The notes under the pieces: generated by a model | Told to the model about the DNA's origin: nothing | Databases searched by the model: none | The model's input: only the letters and a program-made list of their open reading frames with translations | Made by a program: the position numbers and the translations under genes | Shown: positions 9,320 through 18,760 of the stretch, one piece after another | Layout of the letters: each line of letters starts with the position of its first letter | How positions within the stretch are numbered: position 1 is the first letter of the stretch | NCBI GenBank assembly: GCA_030637025.1 | Contig: DAOVVV010000010.1 | Location: 2,257-66,256 of the forward strand | Length of the DNA: 64,000 nt | Direction: 5' to 3' | Source of the DNA: Clostridia bacterium | Lineage (GTDB): Bacteria > CBDUZB01 > JAGLHV01

Positions 9320-9907
9320 ATGTCATTATTTAAAAGGTTGTTAATTTTAACCATAATAACAAGTTTTATTTCCGGGTTAGGTTTTACGGAAAATAAAAAT
9401 AGAAAAGAATATACTATCCATTCAGAAGATGTCCTTGAGATTAAAGTTTATGAGCATAAAGATTTAACCACTAAAGTAAGAGTAAGTGCCGCAGGTGATA
9501 TTACTTTTCCCTTAATTGGGCAGGTTCATGCCGCAGGTCTAACTGTAAATCAATTATGTGAAAAAATAAAAGCGCTTCTTAATGAGGGCTATTTAGTAGA
9601 TCCTCAGGTGAATATTTTTATTGAAAGTTACCATCCTGAGAAGTTTTTTGTAATGGGAGCAGTGAGAAAACCTGCCGCTTATGAATTATCCAGAGAAAAA
9701 CCAACTACAGTTTTAGAAGCAATTTCCCGGGCCGGAGGTTTTACTGAACAAGCAGCCCCTAATAGAACTAAAGTAATTAGGGTAGGCAGTGAAAAAGGGG
9801 AAACAATAAAAGTAAAGGTAACCGAAATAACTAAAACAGGTGACAAGAGTAAAGATATTCCTCTTCAGCCCAACGATATAGTTTTCGTCCCCGAAAGCAT
9901 CTTTTAA
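9320..9907 (+). CDS. Polysaccharide export protein, short periplasmic OPX (Wza-like family)
   Basis: Poly_export-domain signature (…VRVSAAGDITFPLIGQVHAAGLTVNQL…YLVDPQVNIFIESY…FFVMGAV…TVLEAISRAGG…). Start at 9320 preferred (agggggaaat-ATG); the track ORF begins at 9290. Confidence 0.75.
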   Translation: MSLFKRLLILTIITSFISGLGFTENKNRKEYTIHSEDVLEIKVYEHKDLTTKVRVSAAGDITFPLIGQVHAAGLTVNQLCEKIKALLNEGYLVDPQVNIFIESYHPEKFFVMGAVRKPAAYELSREKPTTVLEAISRAGGFTEQAAPNRTKVIRVGSEKGETIKVKVTEITKTGDKSKDIPLQPNDIVFVPESIF

Positions 9908-9935
9908 CCCTTGCTATCGGGTTCCCTTCTTGATT

Positions 9936-9970
9936 TCCCCCCTTTGGAAAAGGGGGCTAGGGGGATTTTA
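9936..9970. terminator. Repeated poly-C/G hairpin element (ttcccccctttggaaaagggggctagggggatttt) at the 3' end of the Wza-like gene; probably a transcription-terminator-type repeat
   Basis: Copies at 40983-41019 (reverse), 42098-42131 (reverse) and 50658-50694. Stem cccccttt/aaaggggg. Confidence 0.5.
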
Positions 9971-10028
9971 TAAATAATAAAGCAGGTCAGATAGAGAGAT
10001 AGTTCATTTAAATTTACAGATTTTCAAA

Positions 10029-10062
10029 GCAATTGTAGGGGCGACATTTATGACGCCCGTCC
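10029..10062. repeat. Family C repeat copy
   Basis: gcaattgtaggggcgacatttatgacgcccgtcc. Confidence 0.8.
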
Positions 10063-10095
10063 AAAACCTGTTGATGCGGAATCTGTAAAATATCT

Positions 10096-10122
10096 GTCAT
10101 TCCTGTGCAAACAGGAATCTAT
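10096..10122. repeat. Family A REP hairpin
   Basis: gtcattcctgtgcaaacaggaatctat. Confidence 0.85.
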
Positions 10123-10175
10123 TTTTTGTCTTTAGAATTTGCTGGAGCAGAGAGACGAAGCAATTTTAAACTGTT

Positions 10176-10202
10176 GTCATTCCTGCGAAAGCAGGAATCT
10201 AT
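10176..10202. repeat. Family A REP hairpin (gtcattcctgcgaaagcaggaatctat), preceded by the ttgctggagca…gcaattttaaa module
   Basis: Module+hairpin 10135-10202 recurs at 11307-11369. A related fragment is at 9123-9175. Confidence 0.85.
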
Positions 10203-10265
10203 TCTTTGCTGTTTTTAGTTTTTTAACTTATAATTCATAACTGTAGTTTGTAAATCGGGGTTCAT

Positions 10266-10982
10266 TTGATCGACCTACATTCACATATATTACCGGAACT
10301 AGACGACGGAGCAAAAACAGTAGAAGAAGCTCTTCAAATGTGCCGTATAGCAGAAGCAGACGGGATAACTACCATTGTTGCTACTCCGCACAGTATGAAT
10401 GGTATATATTTAAATAAAAAAGAAACTGTTTGCCGGAAGGTTGATGAATTTAACAATACATTAAAAAAAGAAGAAATAAATATAAATGTTTTACCGGGAT
10501 TGGATTTACACCTTTATCCGGAATTAATTCTTCATCTTAAAGAAGGAAAAATTTTAACTTTAAACAACCGGGGATGTTATTTAATTATAGAATTTCCGGA
10601 GGTGATTTCTTCTCATATTGAATCTGTTTGTTTTAATTTGCAGGTTTTGGGAGTAATTCCTGTTATTAGTCATCCGGAGCGAAATTATTTTTTTCGGAAA
10701 AATCCACAAGTTTTACAGGGTTTTGTAAATAGGGGAGCTTTGGTACAGGTAACTGCTATGAGTATAACCGGAGAATTTGGTAAAGAAGCGGAAAAAGCAG
10801 TGAAAAATTTTCTTAAAAAAAATTTAGTACATATTATTGCTACAGATGCGCATTCTATAGATAGGCGTCCGCCCCTTCTTTCTTCAGCAGTTAAAGTAGC
10901 AGCGAAAATTGTGGGTAAAGAACAAGCCTGGAGAATGGTTACTACTATTCCCGAAAAGATTATAAACCAAAAAAGGGCTTAA
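10266..10982 (+). CDS. PHP-family protein-tyrosine phosphatase (CpsB/CapC/YwqE-like), TTG start
   Basis: N-terminal HSHILPELDDGA metal-binding motif and the overall PHP-domain pattern (…ATPH…SHPER…DAHS). Sits next to the BY-kinase gene. Confidence 0.8.
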   Translation: MIDLHSHILPELDDGAKTVEEALQMCRIAEADGITTIVATPHSMNGIYLNKKETVCRKVDEFNNTLKKEEININVLPGLDLHLYPELILHLKEGKILTLNNRGCYLIIEFPEVISSHIESVCFNLQVLGVIPVISHPERNYFFRKNPQVLQGFVNRGALVQVTAMSITGEFGKEAEKAVKNFLKKNLVHIIATDAHSIDRRPPLLSSAVKVAAKIVGKEQAWRMVTTIPEKIINQKRA

Positions 10983-11112
10983 TCGGTATTCCTGCTTTTC
11001 CCCCTTGACAAAGGGAAATCGAAAAGGCCCTTTTTTGGCAAATATAAGTTTTTAATTGAAAGCCCTATTATTTTAATATTTTTTAAAGTATTTGTCCATT
11101 ATTTTTATTTCT

Positions 11113-11138
11113 GTCATTCCTGCGAAAGCAGGAATCTA
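11113..11138. repeat. Family A REP hairpin
   Basis: gtcattcctgcgaaagcaggaatcta. Followed at 11147-11200 by the variant gtcattccgctccgcctgaggcg…gataaggcgg. Confidence 0.85.
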
Positions 11139-11342
11139 AAACAGTTGTCATTCCGCTCCGCCTGAGGCGCTTGTCCGCCTCTGGAGGAGATAAGGCGGAT
11201 ATAGAATTTAGATATTAGTATTTATTCTTTGCATTTGTTTCTGTCTATGAACTGTCTTTTATATTTATCTGTTGTCTTTGTCTATGGACTATTTCATTTA
11301 GAATTTTGCTGGAGCAAAGAGACGGAGCAATTTTAAAGTGTT

Positions 11343-11369
11343 GTCATTCCTGCGAAAGCAGGAATCTAT
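11343..11369. repeat. Family A REP hairpin
   Basis: gtcattcctgcgaaagcaggaatctat. Confidence 0.85.
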
Positions 11370-11438
11370 TCTTTGTCGTCTTTAGTTTTTTAACTAATAA
11401 CTAATAACTAATAACTGTAGTTAAAAGGAGGAACCCAA

Positions 11439-13301
11439 ATGTTTAACCAAAACGAAGAAGTTCATTTAAAAGATTACCTGGAAATAATTATTCAAAGAAG
11501 ATGGATTATAATAACCTTTTTCTTAGTAATGCTTACCACCGTTACTATCGGCACATTTCGTCAGATTCCCATTTATCAAGCCACGGCAACAGTGCTTATC
11601 GATAAAGAAAGCCCCAATATCATTGCGGTTAAAGATGTAATGACGCTGGGTTCACCCGATTATTACGCCTATAAAGATTATCTGGAAACCCAGAAATTTG
11701 TTATTACCAGCAGGCCGGTTATCAAAAAAGTATACGAAGATTTAAATCTTTTTCTTCAGCCTGAATATAAAGAAACAAGTGATCCGCTCAATGTTCTGCA
11801 GAAAAAAGTAAAAGTAGAAAATATCAGAAATACCCGCCTGGTAAAAATCAATGTAGAAGATGCAGACCCTCAATATGCAGCAAAAATCGCCAATGGTATT
11901 GCTGATGTTTATATCTCTAAAAATTTAAATCGCCAAATGGTTGTTTCAGTTGAAGCTAATGAATGGCTTTCTCAAGAGCTGGACCGTCTTAAAAGCAAGG
12001 TAAAAGAATCAGAAGAGGCTCTTCAACAATATCGTGTGCAAAACAATATCATTTCTCTGAATGAAAAAGAAGAAGTAATTAATAAGGCGTTAAGTCTACT
12101 GACCAATGAACATTTAATGATGCAGGCAAAACTTGTTGAATACAAAAAGATTTATAAATATAAAAACCCTAAAATGATTCGACTTAATAAAGAACTTGAT
12201 GAATTAGGAAAAAGTTTAGCCCGGGAACGAAAAAGCGCCTTGGATTACGAACGAAAGGCTATAGAATATGGGGTGCTGGAAAGAGAAGTAAGAAGTAATA
12301 AAGAACTGTTTGAGTCTGTGTTAAAACGGGTTAAAGAAACTACTCTATCCGAAACAATAAAGGCAAACAACATCAGTATTCAGGAACGGGCAAAAGTTCC
12401 TTTAAGCCCAATAAAACCCCGGAAAAAATTAAATATCATTCTGGCCTGTCTGGTAGGTGCTGTAGGAGGAATAGGTTTAGCCTTTTTCTTTGATTATTTA
12501 GATAACAGTATTAAGACACCCGAGGATGTGGAAAAATATGTCCAATATCCTTTCTTAGGATATATCCCGGCAATAGAATCCGACAAAAAAGATACAATTG
12601 TTCAATTAGAGCCTAAATCAGGGGTAGCTGAAGCTTACCGTACTTTACGCACCAGTATTCTTTTTTCTTCCTCCGACCAGGTAGCTACCAAAAGTATTTT
12701 AGTTACCAGCCCGGGACCGGGAGAGGGAAAAACCATTACAGCATCTAATTTAAGTATAACTATGGCTGTAGGAGGAAGCAGGGTTCTTTTAGTTGATTCC
12801 GATATGCGTAAACCCAGGGTAAATAAAATATTTGACTTAAAAAATGATATTGGCTTGAGTAATTTTTTAGTAGGTCAGGCCGGACTGGATGAAATTGTTA
12901 AAGGAACAGGAATTCAAAATTTATCCGTAGTATCTTGCGGGCCTCGTCCGCCTAATCCGTCTGAGTTACTTACTTCCTTACAAATGATTGATTTTATCAA
13001 ACAGGCCACTGAAAAATTTGATAAGGTAATATTTGATTCACCGCCTTTAGGAGTAGTCACCGATGCTAATATTTTAGCCAAAATAGTAAGCGGGGTTATA
13101 CTGGTATTTCAGGGAGGTAAAACTTCCAGGAATATAATTCCCAGAATCAGACAGTTGTTAACAAATGCCCAGGCCCGGGTATTAGGAGTAACCATCAATA
13201 ATCTCCGCCAGGAAAGAAGCGGATATTATAATTATTATTACTACAACTATCAATATTACGGCAAAGAAGACGAAAAAAAAGAAACACCCGAACAAGTTTA
13301 A
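11439..13301 (+). CDS. Wzc-like chain-length determinant fused to a bacterial tyrosine (BY) kinase
   Basis: Two TM helices flank a Wzz-like periplasmic coiled-coil region. Walker A VTSPGPGEGKT, Walker A' VLLVDSDMRKPR, Walker B VIFDSPP. C-terminal tyrosine cluster YYNYYYYNYQYY. Confidence 0.85.
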   Translation: MFNQNEEVHLKDYLEIIIQRRWIIITFFLVMLTTVTIGTFRQIPIYQATATVLIDKESPNIIAVKDVMTLGSPDYYAYKDYLETQKFVITSRPVIKKVYEDLNLFLQPEYKETSDPLNVLQKKVKVENIRNTRLVKINVEDADPQYAAKIANGIADVYISKNLNRQMVVSVEANEWLSQELDRLKSKVKESEEALQQYRVQNNIISLNEKEEVINKALSLLTNEHLMMQAKLVEYKKIYKYKNPKMIRLNKELDELGKSLARERKSALDYERKAIEYGVLEREVRSNKELFESVLKRVKETTLSETIKANNISIQERAKVPLSPIKPRKKLNIILACLVGAVGGIGLAFFFDYLDNSIKTPEDVEKYVQYPFLGYIPAIESDKKDTIVQLEPKSGVAEAYRTLRTSILFSSSDQVATKSILVTSPGPGEGKTITASNLSITMAVGGSRVLLVDSDMRKPRVNKIFDLKNDIGLSNFLVGQAGLDEIVKGTGIQNLSVVSCGPRPPNPSELLTSLQMIDFIKQATEKFDKVIFDSPPLGVVTDANILAKIVSGVILVFQGGKTSRNIIPRIRQLLTNAQARVLGVTINNLRQERSGYYNYYYYNYQYYGKEDEKKETPEQV

Positions 13302-13329
13302 ATCGTCATTCCGCTTGTGTTTTTATATT

Positions 13330-13356
13330 GTCATTCCGCACTTGATGCGGAATCCA
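13330..13356. repeat. Family A REP hairpin (gtcattccgcacttgatgcggaatcca)
   Basis: Same arm type as 4510 and 47757. A half-copy cgtcattccgcttgtg lies just upstream at 13304. Confidence 0.8.
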
Positions 13357-13375
13357 TTTTTTATGTGGTTATGTG

Positions 13376-13408
13376 GTAGCCGCAGGCTTTAGCCTGCGTT
13401 ATTGTCGG
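13376..13408. repeat. Family B repeat gtagccgcaggctttagcctgcgttattgtcgg
   Basis: Matches 5761 and 8998. Confidence 0.8.
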
Positions 13409-13484
13409 AGCAGAGCTTTGCAAATCTGCCTCAGGCATGATATTCTGCTTGTTCTTTAGTTTTTTATCTGTTGTCTTTTTTTTT

Positions 13485-13511
13485 GTCTTTCCTGCGAAAG
13501 CAGGAATCTAT
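13485..13511. repeat. Family A REP hairpin (gtctttcctgcgaaagcaggaatctat)
   Basis: Followed by the hairpin cctctctccttgtgggagagg at 13523-13545. Confidence 0.8.
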
Positions 13512-13572
13512 TCTTTTATTTTTCCTCTCTCCTTGTGGGAGAGGATAGGGTGAGGGGAAATCAGAAAACCCA

Positions 13573-16113
13573 ATGAAAACAAAAATATTCGACCAAATAA
13601 TAGAAGCACTAATTATTTCCCTAATCATCATAACCCCGTTTATTTTTGTTCCTTTACGGGAATATGCATCAACCATAACCAACATTACAGCTATAATACT
13701 CCTTATGGTCTGGATGACCAAAATGATTTATGCCGGAAAAATAACCATTGTTAAAACCCCGTTAAACTGGATAATTTTATCTTTCCTTTTTTTAGGAATC
13801 TTACAGGTCATAGGTTTTAACAAAAATTTATTATGTATTCCCTCCACTGTTTATCAATATCCCACCATACTAAAAATCTTAGATATTTTAAGTCTGGCAA
13901 TAATTTTTTGGGTAATAATAAATAATTTTACTAAAAAATCCCAGATAAACCGCATTTTGACCGTAATAATTTTTATGGGTTTTTCCTTAAGTTTTCTATG
14001 TATTTTGCAGCATTTAAGCAAAGGTGGTAATACTTTTTTAGGCATAAAACCTATGTATGCAAGGTCTAAGTTTTTTGGTCCCTACATCAACGGTAACCAT
14101 TTTGCTGCTTATTTAGGAATGATTGTTCCCCTATCTATAGGGATGGGATTAGCTGAAATAAAAAAAAGTAAAAAACTATTATTCTGGTTTGTTGGAATAA
14201 TTATGGCCTTAGGGCTTTTATTTTCTCTTTCCAACGGGGGAATAGTTTCCTTTATAGGAGCAATGATTTTTCTTTTTATTTTTTTAAACAGCAGAAAATC
14301 TACTCAAAAAGGAAAATGGATTATTGCTACTGTTCTTTGTCTGGTTATTATGGGTGTTATTTGGTTGGGGGTTAGCCCGGTAAAAGAAGAGGCATCTCAG
14401 CTCTTTCAATTTAATCAATCAGAATCATTTCAATCCCGCTGGCCCGTATGGAAAGCAAGCATAAAAATGCTAAAGGGAAACTGGTTGTTGGGTACAGGAC
14501 TGGGTACCTTTCGTTATGTCTTTCCAAAATTCAGGCCTCCCGGAATAAACAGAGAATTCAGATATGTCCATAACGATTACTTAGAAGTTCTTCTAAATAC
14601 AGGTATTGTAGGATTTCTTATACTGTTTTTAGGTGGATTTTATTATTTTCGTAATATCCTTAAAAAATTTTATAAAAGACGAAATCCTTATATCATAGCA
14701 ATATCCTGTGGTCCCATCACTGCCTTATTTTCAATGTTACTGCATAGTTTTGTTGACTTCAACTTACAAATAGGTCCCAATGTTTTACTTTTTATTATTA
14801 TTACCGCTATTACTATTCAAATATTAAAACTTAGAAATGAAAATAAAGATACTAAATCCCCATTGGATAACTTAATAGTAATAAAAGAAAGAACGACCAA
14901 TATTTTCCTTACTGGATGGCAAAAGCCACTTGTCGTAGGAATTACCGGGATTATTTCAGTATTTCTAATATTAACATTAATAAAACCCGCCAGAGCCACC
15001 CATTATTACAATTGCTATGTCATTGAGAGGGGAGCAAACAAGGAATCAATCTCCAACAAAACTGTCATTGCGAGGAGGGTAACCAACGAATCAATCTCCA
15101 ATGAAACTGTCATTGCGAGGAGATCCAACGACGAAGCAATCTCAAAGAACAACAAAAACGTCATCTCAAGCTTAGAAAAAGCGATAGAGTTAAACCCTTT
15201 AAATGCACTTTATCACTATAAACTTTCCTTAGAATATTTAAAGAAAAAACCACAAAACAAAAACATTAAAAATTCTTTAAAAGAAATGAAACAGGCAATA
15301 TATCTTAATCCAACAAATGCAAAGTATCACCTGACTCTTGCCATGCTCTACAGCCAATTGGCAAATTGGCCCATTACCCATCAGCCATCAAAGGACGATT
15401 ACATAAAGTTAGCTCATCAGGAATTCCAGCAAGCAATTTATTTAGCACCTAATACCCCCTATGGACATAAAAACTATGCTGATTGGCTTTTTACCCAACC
15501 TATCAAGGAGAACATCGAAAAAGGAATTGTTGAGTATAAAACGGCGATTACTTTAAAGCCGGAGTTGACTGCTAATGCTCTTGGTTTTTGTTATAACTTA
15601 ACCCATAACTATAATTTATTATCAGAAATAATACCGGATACAACCGATGGTCATTTCACTTTAAGAAAATACCTTATTAAAAAAGGATTAAAAGAAAAAG
15701 CTTTAGAGGAAGAAAATATTATATTAGATAAAATAACAGAAGAGCTTTCTTTTGCGGAAAATAAAAAAGAAGTTTACCAAAAAGCAGGACAAATTTATCA
15801 TGACTTAGGAAGATTTAACGAAGCAATAAAAGTGTATCACGAAGCTATGGACCTTGGTTTACAAAACAGTTGGTCTTATTATCGTCTTGCAGATAGCTAT
15901 AGAAAATTAGGTAAGATGGATTTAGCTATAAAATATTTTAAACTTTCATTAGAATTAGATGAAGAGAACTGCTGGGCATACTTTAGTTTAGCACGAACAT
16001 ATCAAGGTTTAGGCAAAAAAGCTGAGGCAGAATCAATGTGGCAGGAAATTATTAATTTAAAAAATGCAGATTCTGATGCTAAACGGATAGCTAAAAGGGA
16101 ATTAAAAAAATAA
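13573..16113 (+). CDS. O-antigen ligase/Wzy-family polytopic membrane protein fused to a C-terminal TPR domain
   Basis: About 11 TM helices carrying a Wzy_C-like loop (…SFIGAMIFLF…HNDYLEVLLNTGIVGF…). C-terminal ~330 aa has TPR-like repeats (…NPLNALYHYKLSLEYL…, …AIKVYHEAMDLG…, …YFKLSLELDEENCWAYFSLA…). A 45-bp in-frame tandem repeat lies in the linker. Confidence 0.75.
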   Translation: MKTKIFDQIIEALIISLIIITPFIFVPLREYASTITNITAIILLMVWMTKMIYAGKITIVKTPLNWIILSFLFLGILQVIGFNKNLLCIPSTVYQYPTILKILDILSLAIIFWVIINNFTKKSQINRILTVIIFMGFSLSFLCILQHLSKGGNTFLGIKPMYARSKFFGPYINGNHFAAYLGMIVPLSIGMGLAEIKKSKKLLFWFVGIIMALGLLFSLSNGGIVSFIGAMIFLFIFLNSRKSTQKGKWIIATVLCLVIMGVIWLGVSPVKEEASQLFQFNQSESFQSRWPVWKASIKMLKGNWLLGTGLGTFRYVFPKFRPPGINREFRYVHNDYLEVLLNTGIVGFLILFLGGFYYFRNILKKFYKRRNPYIIAISCGPITALFSMLLHSFVDFNLQIGPNVLLFIIITAITIQILKLRNENKDTKSPLDNLIVIKERTTNIFLTGWQKPLVVGITGIISVFLILTLIKPARATHYYNCYVIERGANKESISNKTVIARRVTNESISNETVIARRSNDEAISKNNKNVISSLEKAIELNPLNALYHYKLSLEYLKKKPQNKNIKNSLKEMKQAIYLNPTNAKYHLTLAMLYSQLANWPITHQPSKDDYIKLAHQEFQQAIYLAPNTPYGHKNYADWLFTQPIKENIEKGIVEYKTAITLKPELTANALGFCYNLTHNYNLLSEIIPDTTDGHFTLRKYLIKKGLKEKALEEENIILDKITEELSFAENKKEVYQKAGQIYHDLGRFNEAIKVYHEAMDLGLQNSWSYYRLADSYRKLGKMDLAIKYFKLSLELDEENCWAYFSLARTYQGLGKKAEAESMWQEIINLKNADSDAKRIAKRELKK
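15040..15147 (+). repeat. In-frame 45-bp (15-aa) tandem repeat (2.4 copies) within the Wzy-TPR gene linker. Contains ctgtcattgcgagg, reminiscent of the REP family A arm.
   Basis: aaggaatcaatctccaacaaaactgtcattgcgaggagggtaacc / aacgaatcaatctccaatgaaactgtcattgcgaggagatccaac / gacgaagcaatctca. Encodes KESISNKTVIARRVTN-ESISNETVIARRSND-EAIS. Confidence 0.8.
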
Positions 16114-17621
16114 TGGAAAAATCAAGACCTCGTAGTCACATTCTTGTTCGTAATACTTTGTGGAATTTTCTCTCACAGGGTTGGTTTCTAATCTTGGCTT
16201 TTGTGACGACACCTTACATTATCCGCAAATTAGGAACAGATGCTTATGGGGTTCTATCTATAGTGGGTGTTGTTCTTGGCTATTTTGCTTTTTTAGATTT
16301 GGGTTTAGATCGAGCAGTTATAAAATATGTGGCAGAATATTATGCCAAAAAAGACTTTGATACAATAAGGGAAGTGATAGGTACTGCTTTAGTAATATAT
16401 TTTCTGATGGGTTTTATTGGTGGAACAGTTATTGCTTCTTTAACAGCTATTTTGATTACGAAGGTATTAAAAATTCCTTCCAATTTGATAAATATCTCTC
16501 AATTTATATTTTACATAAGTGCCCTTGGTTTTTTAATCAATATGCCGCTTAGTGTGTTTGGTTCCATTCCCAAAGCATTACAGAGATTCGATGTGGTTAA
16601 CAAAATTAAAATATGTTTTGGTACTTTACAATTACTACTTACAGTGCTACTTCTACATTTGGGATATTTCCTTAAACAGATAGTTATTATGAATTTTTTG
16701 GTAAGCATGTTAAGTATATTTATTTATATATTTATCTCAAAAAGACTTTTGCCACAAATACAATTTAGGCCTGTTTTTAATAAAGATATATTTATTAAGC
16801 TCTTTAAATTTGGAGGGACTATAACAATTGGAAAGATAACAGTTCCAATTGGTACCCAGTTAGGTAGATTTTTAATAGGAGTTTTTTATCCTATTTCTTT
16901 TGTAACTTATTTTACCGTTCCCTATATGTTAGCGTCAAAAATATGGCTAATTCCTAGCAATATTGTTTCAGTAATTTTTCCTGCAACAAGTGAACTATTT
17001 AGTCAAAATCAAACGAATATTCTTCATGAACTTCATTTGCGCAGCACAAAATATATAATGATGGTTGCAGTCCCTATAACTATTTTGCTTATTATTTTTG
17101 CTAAACAAATACTTGGTTTATGGATGGGACCTGATTTTGCAATCCAAGGTGCTTTTTCTCTTAGATTGTTGGCATTGGCGACGTTGATTAGTTCTTCTGC
17201 CTGGACTTGTGTTACAGCAGCTCAGGGAGCAGGAAGACCGGACATACCAGCAAAGGTTCAGGTTTTACAAGCAGTAATAAATGTAATATTATGTTTCTTG
17301 CTAATACCAAGATGGGGTATCAATGGTGTTGCTGTAGCTTGGCTCATTCATCATATGGTAGGAATACCAATAATTATTGGTGTAACAAATAAGCGGATCT
17401 TAAAAATGTCTAATCTACAGTTTATCAAAAACGGATTAGGATTTCCCCTTATTGTAGGGGTAGTAATTCCCTGTTTTTTTATTCCTTTGAGGTCAATTAT
17501 TTCTAGCTTACCAATCCTATTATGTGTGTTTATCCTTATTGGTATTATTTATGCAGTTGTGGCTTATTTTACTATATTGGATGATAAAGATAAAAGTTTG
17601 TTATTAAGTTGTTTTCGTTAA
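16113..17621 (+). CDS. Wzx-type polysaccharide flippase (MOP/PST family)
   Basis: ATG overlaps the upstream TAA (taATGg). About 12-14 TM helices with the polysacc_synt-family pattern. Locus context. Confidence 0.75.
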   Translation: MEKSRPRSHILVRNTLWNFLSQGWFLILAFVTTPYIIRKLGTDAYGVLSIVGVVLGYFAFLDLGLDRAVIKYVAEYYAKKDFDTIREVIGTALVIYFLMGFIGGTVIASLTAILITKVLKIPSNLINISQFIFYISALGFLINMPLSVFGSIPKALQRFDVVNKIKICFGTLQLLLTVLLLHLGYFLKQIVIMNFLVSMLSIFIYIFISKRLLPQIQFRPVFNKDIFIKLFKFGGTITIGKITVPIGTQLGRFLIGVFYPISFVTYFTVPYMLASKIWLIPSNIVSVIFPATSELFSQNQTNILHELHLRSTKYIMMVAVPITILLIIFAKQILGLWMGPDFAIQGAFSLRLLALATLISSSAWTCVTAAQGAGRPDIPAKVQVLQAVINVILCFLLIPRWGINGVAVAWLIHHMVGIPIIIGVTNKRILKMSNLQFIKNGLGFPLIVGVVIPCFFIPLRSIISSLPILLCVFILIGIIYAVVAYFTILDDKDKSLLLSCFR

Positions 17622-17743
17622 TTGTGCGATAAATTATGTTTATTTCTAATAGTTAATTTTAATTAGGTAGAGATAAAAGGTAACAGAGGGATTAGACGAA
17701 GTCATTTATTGACGACTTTTGAAAAGTAGAAAAGGATATAATA

Positions 17744-18706
17744 ATGGATTTATCGATAATAATTGTTAGTTATAATGTAAGGGATTTATTAAGGGATTGC
17801 TTAAAATCTATCTATACACAAACGAAAGATATTTCTTTTGAAGTTTTTGTGGTTGATAATGCGTCGTCTGATGGAAGTTCAGATATGGTTGAAAAAGAAT
17901 TTTCTAAAATAAACTTAATTAGAAATAAGAATAATTTGGGATTTGCTAAAGCAAATAATATTGCTTTTAAACTAAGCAATAGTAAATATATTTTACTACT
18001 TAATCCTGATACAATTATTTTGGATAATGCCATACAGAAAATGGTTGCTTTTATGAATGAACACTTTAAGGCAGGAGGAGTTACCCCTAAAATTTTAGGT
18101 CCTGAAGGAAACATTCAATACTTTCAACTTTCTAAAGATGCTTTTTCTTATTCGTACTTTTTTTATCTATTTTGTTCTTTTTTCCAAATTTTATTTTCCA
18201 AATATGTGAAAAAGAAAAAGAGTCGGATACATTTATATAATAGTTATAAGAAAATAAACGAAGTAGGTTTTATTGCAGGTACTTGCTTTATGCTTTCTAC
18301 AAAAGCCATAAATAGAAATGAAGACATTTTAGATGAAAGATTTTTTATGTTTGCAGAAGATAGAGATCTTTCTCTTAGAATAAGAAAAAAAGGTTACAAT
18401 CTTTATCTCCTTCCGGATATATCTATAATTCATTATTGGGGGAGAAGTTGTTCGGAAAATTCCTCTTTTTGTAGAGATGTTGTTTTTTGTGAGAATAGGT
18501 ATATTTTTTTAAAGAAGAATTTTAGTATATTTAAAGCTTTGCTGTATCGTCTTGTTATAGCTATAGGATATTTGAAATTTTTGCTATGGTCAAATATTAA
18601 GGTAGCTTTATTTATTCCGCTTGGTTCAAAAGACAGATTATACCATAGAAAAAGAAATGAGAAGGCAAAAGCTCTATTTTTTTGGGGGATGGGTTTATCC
18701 CATTGA
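17744..18706 (+). CDS. Glycosyltransferase family 2
   Basis: N-terminal IIIVSYN…VVDNASSDGS…LLLNPD (DxD region) signature of GT2. Confidence 0.8.
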   Translation: MDLSIIIVSYNVRDLLRDCLKSIYTQTKDISFEVFVVDNASSDGSSDMVEKEFSKINLIRNKNNLGFAKANNIAFKLSNSKYILLLNPDTIILDNAIQKMVAFMNEHFKAGGVTPKILGPEGNIQYFQLSKDAFSYSYFFYLFCSFFQILFSKYVKKKKSRIHLYNSYKKINEVGFIAGTCFMLSTKAINRNEDILDERFFMFAEDRDLSLRIRKKGYNLYLLPDISIIHYWGRSCSENSSFCRDVVFCENRYIFLKKNFSIFKALLYRLVIAIGYLKFLLWSNIKVALFIPLGSKDRLYHRKRNEKAKALFFWGMGLSH

Positions 18707-18760
18707 TTAAATATTTAATATGTTTATACTATGTATAAAAAGAAAGAATGAAGGTGCAAA

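Noticed and set aside
11389-11420. (ctaataa)4 tandem heptamer upstream of the Wzc gene as a regulatory element
   Set aside because: Only one clean copy (a degenerate one at 10215-10245). In this AT-rich DNA it is indistinguishable from low complexity, so it is noted only.
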